The position numbers and the translations under genes are program-made. The notes under the pieces are model-generated. The model searched no databases and was not told the DNA's origin. It worked only from the letters and a program-made list of their open reading frames with translations. Below, one piece after another: positions 1-11,859 of a DNA stretch of 64,000 nt. The DNA comes from Octopus vulgaris (Eukaryota). Each line of letters opens with the position of its first letter. Position 1 is the stretch's first letter. Location of the stretch: the NCBI GenBank assembly GCA_951406725.2, contig OX597817.1:152458001-152522000 (forward strand). Direction: 5' to 3'.

Positions 1-758
1 TACAGAGTGTTTGGGCTAAATTTGACAGTTTGCATAAAAGGGAAAACACAATATCCCATTAAAAAATAAAAGAATTTTTTAAAAATCAAAAAAATATCAA
101 CTAGATTATGACTGGGAGACAACAATTTACTCAAAGTAGTTGCCCTCATCTTCCATTACGGTTGCAAGATGGCTCTGGAATCTGGCACATGTATTCTCCA
201 CTGTGTCCCTGGGAAGATCTTTGAATGCCTCCTTGATTTTGGCCACCAGCATGCCTTGGTGTTGTAGGCAGAGTGGTTGGTGTCTTTTGAAACCACACTC
301 ACACATAATAATCCATGGGATTATAATCAGGGGGATTAGGAAACCAGAAATTGGGGGCAGTGAAGTCATAGAAATTATCTGACAACCACTTCTGACTCTT
401 GGCAAGGAGCTGAATTGTGCTGCCACACATATGGCCTTCTAGCGGTAAACCTCTCCAGTCAAAGATAGACCACAGACATCTGCAACTTCACATAACCATG
501 TGAAATGAGCCTAAGGTGCCATTCAAAGATGAGAGTGTGAATTCTGGCATGCAGACGCAGTCAGAATGCCTGCCATGTCCTTTGATGTCAGCCACAGCTT
601 TGTAGTCTCCATTATAACTGTCCATGTCACATCTTACAGACTTTACAGTGTCCACAGAATATTGGGCAGCTGTGTTAATCTTGGTATTTTGATACCTGAT
701 GTGAATCATCATGACACAGATAATTCTTTCCAATATTCAGATGGCTTCCAACCCTCTG
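1..758 (-). mobile_element. Degenerate Tc1/mariner transposon fragment (transposase C-terminus plus TIR)
   Basis: Window starts TA-CAGAGTGTTTGGGCTAAATT, similar to the TIR at 19217. The minus ORF ends KDLPRDTVENTCARFQSHLATVMEDEGNYFE, a typical Tc1/mariner transposase tail. Frameshifted. Confidence 0.8.
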
Positions 759-1012
759 TGGAGGCACGGGGCGTAGTGGTTAGGGTGTCAGTGCCATGAT
801 TGTAAGATTGTGGTTTTGATTCCTGAACCAGGCGACGCGTTGTGTTCTTGAGCAAAACACTTCATTTCACGTTGCTCCAGTCCACTCAGCTGGCAAAAAT
901 GAGTAACGCTGTGATGGACTGGCGTCCTGTCCAGCTTGGGAACACATACGCCATAGAAACCGGGAAACCGGACCCATGAGCCTGGCTAGGCTGTGAAAAG
1001 GCGCATTTATTT
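759..1012 (+). mobile_element. tRNA-derived SINE
   Basis: tRNA-like head with A box (GGCGTAGTGG) and degenerate B box (GGTTTTGATTCC), central GATGGACTGGCGTCCTGTCCAG segment, TTTA tail. Confidence 0.8.
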
Positions 1013-2022
1013 TATTATATTCCAGCCTTCCATGTCAGTTAACTTCTTCTCAACTGCACCTTTAACCATCATACTATTCAACACTGTTGACAGTTCACCT
1101 ATACTGTTCCTGAAAAAAGGAGATATAAAAGAAAGTTGTCAAATTTAATCTGTGTATGTATATATGTATGTGTATTTATACCGGATTGTATATATGTGTG
1201 TACACACACACACATATACATGCATGCATATACACACACATACATACCAACATAGTTGTATATGTATAATGTATAAAACACTCTTTTGAAAAACTAACCT
1301 GTTTGACTTGTCTGTCACTTTAAGCTCATTTAACAATTGAGTCATTTCTTTGTCTCCAAGTATTTTGAGCTCATAAAAAAGATTATTAAAAGCTTAATGG
1401 TTATAACATTATTCACCTAATATCTAGATTATGTTGTTTTTCTTATTGTTGTTAAGGTTTGGGAACAGTTGTCAGTAAGGTATGGTAGGATGGTAGTATA
1501 CACTGAAGCACTTAGTGATCACAGAAAAACAGTATACCTACCACTCTATTGCTTAGTTATCTAACTAGATTCCTGTTAAATTTTAACATACTTATCCTAT
1601 CAAATATATTCTTTTTTGTATGTTGTGGGTGGCTTTGATCTAATCACTGTCATATGAAAGTAGTCAATGGAACCTGTTATATTATTCTTCAGAACTAAAT
1701 ACTATTGTTATATCTGACTCAGTGACATTTTACTACTTACCTACATTGAGGTGGTTTGGTTATCATAGCATTTAATACCTGGAATTCTATTAGTCAAGAC
1801 TTTAGTGCTATTGTTGCTGTACTATTTTATAGGAATGACACAATCTGCAAAATTTATCATTGCACTTTTTTAAATATCAACTCAACATAAATATCAACAG
1901 AGATGCTTTTTCTTTTTTCTTCAATTCTCAAGTTATTTAATATTTTCCAGTCATTTTATCTCAATTTGTATCAATAAATAATAACCATGGTCTTCAGTTT
2001 GTAAAACCAAAATAAACTTTAA

Positions 2023-2242
2023 CCTTTTTGTATTTAAACCAGCCATATCCGGCTGAAATATTCTACCTATTTTTAAATCCAAACTTACCAGATCCAGCTT
2101 CTCACACCTATCCTTCAGTGTCATTCTAAAAATAACATTCACATCATCCAAATCTCAGAGTTACAAGTTAATGCATGATTAATTCAAAATAATGTAAATA
2201 AATAAGCATTATATTTGATAGGGTAATCTGAATGCTAAAAGG
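2023..2242. mobile_element. TTAA-flanked (piggyBac-like) MITE
   Basis: TTAA|CCTTTTTGTATT ... AATGCTAAAAGG|TTAA termini. Same family as 22794-23007 and about 61940-62172. Confidence 0.7.
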
Positions 2243-2758
2243 TTAATATTTTCAATACAAACAGTTCTGATATTGCTATTAATTCCATAATACTGTGCTT
2301 ATATTAAAGTATTCACATTTAAATGAATATCTCAATTGAAATCTTTTTATTACATAAATAATATAAGTTCTCATTATCAATTAACGTCTTTTGTTGTGTT
2401 CTACCTATCAGCTGAATGACCAGCTATTTTATTAAACCTTTGCAGAGTCTTGATTATTTTGAAAATTAATTAATGTACACAGGTCGTCTAGACTAGCTAT
2501 AAAATAATGGATCATAGAAAGCTTAAGAAATTAGTAAATGTGGGAACAAATTCTTGGTTAATGTAGATAATAAATTAAGAAAAGTGATAACATCAGAAAA
2601 TTGTTATTGCTATGGTAATCTTTTCTATGATAAAAAATTTATCAGAAAAATGTTTTCTCATATGTGTCAAAATTATACTAAAATTCTTAAAATTTTCTTA
2701 TTTTTACCATTAAAAATAACTTAAAGTCTTTCTCTTTTATATTTCCCTTTGCTGTTAG

Positions 2759-2863
2759 TATAGCCGTGCAGTACTGGTGCTAAATGAGTGTGCTCGGCAG
2801 CAACCAAAGAATCCAGCTCTCCTGTTGCAAGCAGCGCGCATCTGCATAGAATATCTCTATCAG
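2759..2863 (+). CDS. TTC7B: Tetratricopeptide repeat protein 7 (TTC7B-like), internal exon a
   Basis: ctgttag|TAT...CAG|gtgagt; 105 nt, phase 0/0. YSRAVLVLNECARQQPKNPALLLQAARICIEYLYQ resembles TTC7B (RAVKVLKECIRLKP...LLAAKLC), compared from memory. Confidence 0.92.
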
Positions 2864-3344
2864 GTGAGTACAGGAATTTCATACACTTCTTTTTTTCATC
2901 TTTTAAACATTATAACTGATGAGATAAGGCATTGCTATTATAGACTGTTGGGACAGATCTTCTTGCTTGGGTGAGAGGTATGACAAAGTTAGTGTTGTTA
3001 AATCTAGAGTTTGGTAAGTTTATACAAATGGATACAGATGAGTAGTAAGTGGGTGATTGAATTGTCCTACTTCTGTATTTTACTGGTATTTTGTTTTATC
3101 AGTCCTAAATGAAGACATGCAAAGTTGATCTTGGTGGGATTTGAACTCTGGAATAAAAGGGAAGGAAGTTAAACACTAAAATCCAAAAATGAGAAAATAG
3201 TTCTGAATACTATTGTCTTATAAATTTTTACGATATTTGTGTTAAATTCATTTCATTTTCCCCCTTTTTTTATCTGGCTGAAGGTATGAAACGATCTACA
3301 TACATTAGCATGGAATCTTTTATTTATTTATTTATTCATTTCAG

Positions 3345-3517
3345 TATAATGAGGGGATTGACTTTGCTGAACGAGCTATAGCCATTGAAGGGGACCATCC
3401 TCTCCGGTCACGCATCTATGTTATGATGGGTGTCGGCTACAGTATGAAGGCCAATGATATGAAAATGCAAGAAGAACGACAGAAACAAAACAGAAACGCC
3501 ATGAATGCTTTCTATAA
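3345..3517 (+). CDS. TTC7B: TTC7B-like, internal exon b
   Basis: tttcag|TAT...AA|gtaagt; 173 nt, phase 0/2. YNEGIDFAERAIAIEGDHPLRSRIYVMMGVGYSMKANDMKMQEERQKQNRNAMNAFY. Confidence 0.92.
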
Positions 3518-3639
3518 GTAAGTTGCTTTTCTTTCACGATCACTTTGTTAAGAGCTTTAAATGCTTTGCTCATAACCTTTATTAGGATCTCTAAAACTGG
3601 TAGGAGTGGGGAAGGTGTTCTTATTCTGGATATTCTTAT

Positions 3640-4028
3640 ACTTATGTGCTAGTGACATGTAAAAGGTGCCTGTGCCAGTGACACATAAAAGGCACTTATG
3701 CTGATGACATGTAAGAGGCACCTGTGCCAGTGACATGTGAAAGGCACCGTGCCAGTGACATGTAAAAGGCACTGTGCCAGGACATGTTAGAGGCACCTGT
3801 GTCAGTGACATGTGTAAGACACCTGTGCTGGTGACACATAAAAGGCCTCCATGCTGGTGACACGTAACAAACACCCAGTACACTCTATGGAGTGATTGGT
3901 GTTAGGAAGGGCATCCAACCATAGAAACAGATTGGAGCCAGATGCACCTCTTTGGCTTACCAGTTCCAGTCAAACCATTTAAGCCATGCCAGCATGGAAA
4001 ACATGCTAAATTATGATGATGACGATGA
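3640..4028 (+). mobile_element. SINE 3' part with internal ~26-bp tandem repeat
   Basis: About 9 copies of GTGACATGTAAAAGGCACCTGTGCCA, then GTTAGGAAGGGCATCC...CCATGCCAGCATGGAAA and a (GAT)n tail. Confidence 0.8.
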
Positions 4029-4214
4029 GATCTAATCCTAATGTTTAGATCTAGAGGAACCCAGTAAGCAGGTGATGGTTGACAGATTTTTTTTTTTGTT
4101 TTTTATCTTGACCCCTAAGACTCATAAAGCTGGTTACCAGGTTTTCCATGGTGTTAAATGACAGAGATCACATCATTTTTTCCTGAACAGGATGCCAGTT
4201 CACTCCAGGGTTCA

Positions 4215-4418
4215 AGGCAAACAGTTTTTAGGGGAAGAGACAAATCAATTACATTGACCCCAGTTCTGGAATGGTACTTTACAGTATCGCCTCCCCTCAC
4301 CAAGGGATGAAAGGCAAATTTGACCTCTGCAGGGTTTGAACTCAGAACATAAAGAGCTGGAAGAAATGCTGTTAAGCATTTTGTCTGATGAGCTAATGAT
4401 TCTGCTAGCTCACTGCTT
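4215..4418 (-). mobile_element. SINE, GGCGGCGAGCTGGCAGAA family (ATT-tailed)
   Basis: Reverse complement of the family consensus seen at 30764 and 60054 (TTTGAACTCAGAAC, GGATGAAAGGCAAA). Confidence 0.75.
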
Positions 4419-5088
4419 TATGCAGATTAAGTTTACCACCTTATTATATTTACAAATGACATACATTGTTCTGTATAATAATGCTTGCTACTAGAGACTA
4501 CCTCAGAGAATCATATTTCAAGTGAAATTTCATCAGTGAACCCCAGTGAAGCTACTACAGCTGTGGACTCATTGGTTGGAACTGGTTCAACTCATCTTCG
4601 GTGTATGTTGACTCAAGATGTTCTGTTCATTTAGACAACAAAGGCTGCTAATTAATATTTCATATTTTGGTTACTGTTGTTGTCATTGACTTCATCATCA
4701 TCCCTACCATTCAGTCATTCCATTATTCATTAATCTACTTTACTCCTACTATATCAGCTGTTATAAATATCCCGATATTCTCCTTGTCCCACTGCTTGCT
4801 GTGACCTGCTAATTATGTATATTGCTTCATTGCTTCATTTAGTGATATTTAGAGAACTTATTGGTTTCAGCTGGTGATTCATCATCATCATCATTGTTTT
4901 TTAACATCCGCTTTTCCATGTTTGCATGGGTTGGATAGAATTTGTTGTGGTGGATTTTTTTTCTATGTCTGGATACTAATCCAGTTGCCAATCCTTCCCT
5001 GTTTCAAGGTAAGGTAATGTGTCTCTATACCAGACATGAAGGCAACAATCATTTACAACTATTGCACAAAGTCTGGCCAAAGAATAAC

Positions 5089-5256
5089 ATGCACACACAT
5101 ACACATGCATGTGTGTACATGCACATGCATGTACACATGCACATATTCATGCACATGCACTCATACATACTCATGCATGTGCATACACACATGCATGTAC
5201 ACACACACATGTATACACACACACATGCACACGTACACACACACACACACACACAC
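5089..5256. repeat. Alternating purine-pyrimidine (CA/TG/GC) compound microsatellite
   Basis: GCACATGCATGTACAC-type alternation over about 170 bp. Confidence 0.9.
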
Positions 5257-5741
5257 AACTTCTTTCAGTTGCCATCTGACATGGCTCATACCTGCTTTAC
5301 TATCTATCCACGGCACATTTTGCTCAGCAGAATTTCTCCATTTTCATCACAGGTCCATATTAATAAGGCCACTGCTTGTCCACATCAAGCGGCTGATTTC
5401 TTTAATGCCAAGCTGCATTCCCAGTTTATTTGTATCCTTACCATTCATTCAGGTTAACATTGCTCATATAATGGATCATAATTTTTAAAAATAAATTGCT
5501 CAGAAATGCCATCTACATGAAAAACATTCATTAAAAGCCAATTAGAAATAATTAAATGGTGAGAAAATACAAAATTAGACAGTTATATTATTTTAATTAT
5601 ATTCACAAGTATGTGAGACAGCTTCGGATATGTTTCTGTGTTATTAGACCTCCTTGACAAAACCTAGACTTCATACTTACAGAAGTACTGATAAGAGAAT
5701 CACTTAAATTTATGGGTAGTTTTGTACAGTAGTTAATGGGT

Positions 5742-5889
5742 ACAGGTATGGTTGTGTGGTTAAGATGTTTACTTCAAAATCACATGGATTTGGGTTCAGT
5801 CCCACTGTATAGCACCTTGGGCAAGTGTTTTATACTATAGTCTTGGGCTGACCAAAGCCTTGTGAGTGGATTTGGTTGAAAGAAGCCTG

Positions 5890-5943
<54 letters not shown>

Positions 5944-6175
5944 TTGTGGCTCCTTGTCTTCTTGACATATAGAGATAGTCAAATGTCATCATCATGTTAG
6001 TGGTGTTCCTCATTTCCATTCTTCCATGGAAACATGTCCAGCCATGGAGGAATTATTACCTTGCTTTTGGGCTGGTGAGGGTTGGTAAAGGAAAGGCTTC
6101 CAACTGCAGAAAATCTGTTTCAACAAATTCTATCTGACCCATGTAAGCATGGCAAAGTGGATGTTAAAATGATGA
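5742..6175 (+). mobile_element. tRNA-derived SINE, GGCTGTGTGGTAAG family, with internal (TG)n
   Basis: Head GGTTGTGTGGTTAAG...GGGTTCAGTCCCACTG, CCTTGTGAGTGGATTTGG core, (TG)n, (ATG)n tail. Confidence 0.8.
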
Positions 6176-6231
6176 CAAGTTTGCATAGAAAACTACCAGT
6201 AACAGCTGTGACTAGATGCAGGCATGACTAG

Positions 6232-6420
6232 GCACAGGTGTGGCTGTGTGGTAAGAAACTTGCTTCCCAACCACATGGTTCAGGGTTCAGTTCAACTATG
6301 TGGCACCTTAAGCAAGTGTCTTCTACTATAGCCTTGAGCCAACCAAAGCTTTGTGAGTGGATCTGGTAGATGGAAACTGAAAGAAGCCCATCATATGTGT
6401 GTGTGTGTGTGTGTCTGTGT
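6232..6420 (+). mobile_element. tRNA-derived SINE 5' part
   Basis: GGCTGTGTGGTAAGAAACTTGCTTCCCAACCACATGGTTC head and core. Confidence 0.8.
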
Positions 6421-6453
6421 TATCCAATGTGCCCTTCCTTCTGTAAGATATTG

Positions 6454-6679
6454 GTTTCAAATCTTAGCACAAAGCCAGCAATTACAGGGGAGGGGTAAAT
6501 CGATCATATTGACTCCAATACTCCACTGGTACTTATTTTATCACCTCCCCCCACCAAAAAAAGAAATAATATGAAAAGCAAAGTTGACCCAAGCAGAATT
6601 TGAACTCAGAATGCAAAGACAGATGAAATGCTGCTCAGTATTTTGCCTGGTGTGCTAACAATTCCGTCAACTTGCCGTT
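6454..6679 (-). mobile_element. ATT-tailed SINE with 18-bp TSD
   Basis: Flanked by the direct repeat TTCCTTCTGTAAGATATT; inserted in another interspersed repeat. Confidence 0.85.
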
Positions 6680-7288
6680 TTCCTTCTGTAAGATATTAGG
6701 GTTTGATTTGAGAGAGATTTGTCTCCTGTTTCTAGCAGGTTGAGCGACCACATTGAGGCTTCTTTGTTGACTCATTCAAATAAGCTGTAACTTACACCCT
6801 AAACCTTTACGTAGCAATGTCACCACATATATTTCATTCAACTTTTTTGTTTAATTGAAAACTTTCCTTTGTTCATATAGGAAACCTGTGATCAATGCAT
6901 TCTAGCTATGACCATCCCATTTTTTTGCATAATCTGTGACAACATTGTGTCATTTCCTTTTTGAGTGGTAAGATGTAATTTGAACAAGATTGGCTACTTT
7001 TACTTTTAGGTTGAGTGACCACAGAAAACACTTGGGCTGTGTTCAATAATCTTTACAGGTTCTCCTGTGCAGGAAACTAACGGTGATATAATACTAACAC
7101 TATTGTGTAATTAAAGACTGTTTATTTTTATTTATTGACGGGATGGTTTATTTGCTGGAGCAAATGATGATGATGATAGTATTAATGATTTCTATATTTT
7201 GTTACAAGAATAAACAAGAAGAGAAATGTTACGGCAAAAATACTATATTATTTCAGTACAGTAAAATAATATATAGAAAAACATTGGT

Positions 7289-7450
7289 GCAGGCATAGTT
7301 GTGTGGTTAAGAAGTTTGCTTTGCAGCCATATGGTTTTGGATACGGTCCCACTGCACAGCGCTTTAGGCAAGTGTCTTCAGCTATAGCCCCAAGCCAACC
7401 AGTGCCTCCTGACTGAATTTGATAGACAGAAACTGTGTAGAAGCCTGTCA
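7289..7450 (+). mobile_element. tRNA-derived SINE 5' part followed by (TA)n
   Basis: GTTGTGTGGTTAAGAAGTTTGC head, GACAGAAACTG..AGAAGCCTGTC core. Confidence 0.75.
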
Positions 7451-7452
7451 TA

Positions 7453-7517
<65 letters not shown>

Positions 7518-8034
7518 ACTAAATAAATGTGAGTGTATGTATGTATGTATGTATATTATTGAAAGGTTCTGAAGCAGTGTGTCCTTGAGAAAAATGGATT
7601 TGATTTTTGAAATGTACTTCCCAAAGGAGAAGGTTTTCAGTAAATATTAATCAAAAAACATAATTTGTTATGAGAAATAATTCAACTTTCAGATCACCAA
7701 ATCTTCCCATCTCTATGTTTCCTATCTGTTTATTACACTTTCCCCCTCTTTATATATATTTATCACACTCTCTCTCTTTATTTTTCTGTACATGTATATC
7801 TCTCACACCTGCTGCCCCCACTCCTCTCTTGATATGACATGTAATTGCTTTCATTTTGTTTAAAACGTCATTGATGTAATGTTTTTACTTTCATTTTGTG
7901 ATAGACAGCTATCATGCAGAAAATGCTAGCTTCCAAATCCTATTTTCTGATTGTGTAAAAATGACCAAACTTTAAATCTTAGTAATATTAAAAAAAAAAA
8001 AAAATTCTGGAATAAATGAATCACAAAATTGGTT

Positions 8035-8765
8035 TCAGCATGAAAAGTTAATATCTGCTTCTGAACTGCTCATCCAACCACCTAAGTACTTGAAGTCTTC
8101 AGTAACATTTAATTTGGAACTGCTCAAAGCAATTAGTTCAGTATCACTTGATTAGTTGAAAGACATGTATTCTGTTTTCTTGACATTGTGTGCAGTCTTA
8201 TTTTAGCTGCTGATGTTTCTACTCTGCTGAGCTTGATCTGTTTCATTAGATATGAGTGCTGTATCCTCGGTAAAGTCAAGATCAGGAAGGCACAGCCTGT
8301 CACAAACTAAAGAAAGTCTGGAACTCTAAATTGCTCAGGCAAATCAAAATCATTGCAACTGTCAAATCAATGCTATTATATGGCAGTGACGCATGGACAC
8401 TGACAATGAAATTATCAAATGGGCTAAATGGATGCTACGAATGGCCCTAAATGTGAAATGGCAGTAACATATGACAAATGAATACCTTAATGGTGACCTG
8501 CTGAAAATTAGCAAGAAGATCAGGAAACATGGCTGCAATTGTCTGGTCACTGTGTGCACCATCCTGAGCTAGAAGCATCCAAATTAATCTTGTGGAACCC
8601 ACTTCATGGTGATGTAAGAAGAGAAAAGCATTATCACACTTACATCAACAACTTGATTGCAGACACTGGCCTGAAATGTATCCAGGATATCGAGGCAGTA
8701 AAGATGGATTGAGAAGTGTGGCAGGTACAATTTGTTGCTGCAGCCTGGGTTGGAACCTGGTCATA
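8035..8765 (+). mobile_element. RTE-clade LINE 3' fragment with inverted 5' segment
   Basis: Minus strand 8295->8035 gives DLDFTED (FADD-like) and EDFKYLGGW. Plus strand from about 8295 gives ACHKLKKVWNSKL...LLYGSDAWTL. (TAA)n tail. Confidence 0.8.
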
Positions 8766-8777
8766 ATAATAATAATC

Positions 8778-9720
8778 ATCATCATCATTTAATGTCCATT
8801 GTCCATGCTGGCATGAGTTGGATGGTTTGATCAGGGCTGGTAAGCTGGAAGGCTGCACCAGACTCCAGTCTGATTTGGCATCATTTTCTATGGCTGGATG
8901 TCCTTTCTAAAGCCAGTGTCTCTGAGAGTGCAATGGGTACTTTTACGTACTGTTGGCATGGGTGTCATTTGCATGTCACCAGTATCTGCCACAACTGCAA
9001 TTTTGCTCAGCTTGGTGGGTTTTCTTTTCAAGCGCGGCATAATGCCAAAGGTCTCGGTCATTGCCTCCATGAGGCCCATCACTCGAAAGGAACTCAGCCA
9101 CTTTGCCTTTGTGAGGCCCAATGCTCAAAAGGTGCTCTTTATGTGCATTGGTGCCAGTTACATGACACTAGCATCAGCCATGACTACGATTTCACTTTGC
9201 ATGATGGGTTTTCCCAAACACAGCATATCACCAAAGGTCTCCGTCACTAGTCATTGCCTCTGTGAGGCTCAAAGTTCGAAGATCATGCTTCACCACTTCG
9301 TCCCATGTCTTCCTGGGTCTACCTCTACCATAGATCCCCTCCACAGTTAGAAATTGGCACTTTTTTACACAGCTGTTGTCATCTATATGCATCATATGAC
9401 CATACCAGCACAGTTGTATCTCTTGTACACCACATCTGATGCCTCTTGTGCCTAACTTTTTTCTCAAGATGCTTACACTCTGTCATACATGCACATTGAC
9501 ATTGCACATCCAGTGAAGCATACTGACTTCATTTCTTTCAAGCTTACACATGTCCTTGACTGTCACAGCCCATGTTTCACTGCCATGTAGCATAGCTGTT
9601 CGCACACAGACACCATACAATCTGCCTTTCACGCTGAGAGAGAGGCCCTTTGTTGCCAGCAGAGGTAGGAGCTCTCTAAACTTTGCCCAGCCTAATCTCT
9701 AAGAGCATCCACCTCCACTA
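8778..9720 (-). mobile_element. RTE-clade LINE 3' fragment
   Basis: LCWYGHMM...VEGIYGRGRPRKTWDEVVKHDL RT C-terminal motif. 3' UTR ends CCATGCCAGCATGGACAATGGACATTAAA(TGA)n. Confidence 0.88.
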
Positions 9721-9979
9721 CTAGGAAAATTACATCAGTATACCAAATTTGAAAATTTTCACTTAATTTTAATATTTCAACATCTGTGACTGAAACAGAA
9801 AAAGTCTTCTCTTTCTATCTGTCTCTCTCTCTGTCTTTTATGCTTTTCTCATTGTAAACTTCACTCTCTCTCTCTCTCATTCTTTCTCTGTATATGTATA
9901 TCGCTCACACTGAGTGTGTGTATATTTGTATATGCTTTTAGGTATGTATGTGTCAGTGTGTGTGTATGTAAGGAATTTC

Positions 9980-10562
9980 ATTAGGGCGACAGAGTCAAAA
10001 GACCTCACAAAGCATCAGTGGCGAGCTTATGAAACACCTGAACAGAGAAAGAATAAACTTGATGATATGCAAACATGAGCTTCTATTACACATTTTCAGT
10101 AGAGACCCCAGCAGTAGATGCATCACTTAGATGATAAGCACACAAGAGCCATTGTTGCATAGACTCAGGAGACAGTGTCTCATTTCAATTCAAATGATTT
10201 CAATTTCCAGTGAGTCGTAGTTTTGCCATGACCATCAACAAGTTACTGGTTCACACATTGAAGAGCTCTGCTTCACCCATGGATGTTCAAAAGTAGGAAG
10301 TAAGAAAAGTCTTTACATCTATCCACCAAATGGAAGAACAAAAAACTTTGTTTATCAAGATATTATAAATTGCCCCAAATAATGCAGAAATCTCATCTGG
10401 TCAAATGGCCTATCCATTGGGGAAGACATGGAATAAAAAATGATTGAAATAAAGGCATTCTGTTGCAAACATTGACTAATACAAATAAAAGATAAAATAA
10501 ATGAATAAATGTTGTGTAAAACGGTCATCCTTATACACACGCAAAAGGGGGTCCTCATCTAG
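9980..10562 (+). mobile_element. Internally deleted Helitron derivative
   Basis: ETPEQRKNKL repeat-like peptide; PIF1-helicase C-terminal remnants FQFK*FQFPVSRSFAMTINK and SKVGSKKSLYIYPPNGRTKNFVYQDII; 3' end CTAG|T at 10559-10562. 5' boundary uncertain. Confidence 0.8.
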
Positions 10563-11100
10563 TAAATAGCTTCTCTCTACTACTAAAAAGATAATTGAAT
10601 TGGTGAGCTACTGATGGCCTGTATCAGCAAAAATTGGATAGGAATTAAACTGAAGTGCCTGAAACTTTAGTCATTCTTGCTCTGCATTACTCACTGTAAA
10701 TTGGTGAATATCTTCAACAAATCTGCAAAGATTCTATTTGACATGTTTCTGCTAAAAACTTTCTGTTTTTCTCTCATTTTTTATTTTCTATTGAAGAGTG
10801 AAAAAAATTTATCTCTTGAAATTCCTTGAGATTCTTCTCTCATGTACAAATAATACTGAAAAAAACCCCCAAAAAAACAACCAAACAAAAACTGTTCCCC
10901 CCCCCCCAAAGAAACAAAAAACAAAACAAGAATATCAAGATATCAAGAATTATTCTGCTGACTAGCATTCCTTTTTTTTTAAGTAGTGCCTTCAGCTATA
11001 ATTTTATAAATTTTCAGAAGGGCCTAACTTTTCTTGTTTGTTTGTGTGTGTATTTGTACATTTTTTTAAGCTTTCCAATATTTTTATTTGTTCTCTTCAG

Positions 11101-11173
11101 AGCATTTCAAGAAGATCCTAATGATTTCCTAGCATCATTCCACTTGGCATTACAATTAGCAATCCAACGACAG
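11101..11173 (+). CDS. TTC7B: TTC7B-like, internal exon c
   Basis: cttcag|A GCA...CAG|gtcagt; 73 nt, phase 2/0. AFQEDPNDFLASFHLALQLAIQRQ (TTC7B: FYLALQLAISRQ). Confidence 0.95.
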
Positions 11174-11519
11174 GTCAGTGCCTTTTTCTATTTATAATCT
11201 CTGTCAACTTGTTTCTTCTGTTACTATATATAAAAATTACGTGAAATAAAAAAAATGTCATCATTTTATAACTGGCAGTGGTAAAGCATTATAAGACTTA
11301 AATTTTACTTACTGCTAAAGCAATTGTTTACTTTTTTATTCATATTTTATTATTCGTTCACTTGGAATACAAGTATAGTTTACATTAAATCTTTAAACAC
11401 CTTTTCTGACTTTAATTCAATGCCCTTTATATTTCCCGAATGTCCCGTCTGTGTTTTTTGTATCGTCTTCTAAATGTTTTGCGTTCTTGTCCCAGTTTGT
11501 ATTTTTTACACACACACAC

Positions 11520-11526
<7 letters not shown>

Positions 11527-11576
<50 letters not shown>

Positions 11577-11655
11577 TGTGTGTGTATGTGTGTGTGTGTG
11601 TGTGTATATACATATATATATATGAGTATATATATGTATGTGTGTGTGTGTGAGT
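11527..11655. repeat. (TG)n/(TA)n microsatellite
   Basis: Read directly from the sequence. Confidence 0.95.
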
Positions 11656-11859
11656 GTGAGGCACAGTAGCTGTTAGGCACAGGATTACTAACTACGTGGT
11701 CATAAGTTCACTTTTTACTATTGTACTTGTGTTGTACTCTATGAGTAATGCACCCATCCAGCTCCCACCAGTTTGCTCGAATGAACAAAAAACAGGTTTC
11801 ACTTGTTAGTGGTAGGAAGGAAAGACATCCAACTGAAAAAATAATATTGTATCTCTAAG

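Noticed and set aside
4505-4545. Minus-strand CTGATGA...GAAA hammerhead-like core
   Set aside because: Stem II is only 2 A-U pairs, and stems I and III do not pair convincingly.
4942-5488. His/Thr/Cys-rich ORFs, and similar poly-I/L/Y/R/N ORFs throughout the track
   Set aside because: Translations of microsatellites.
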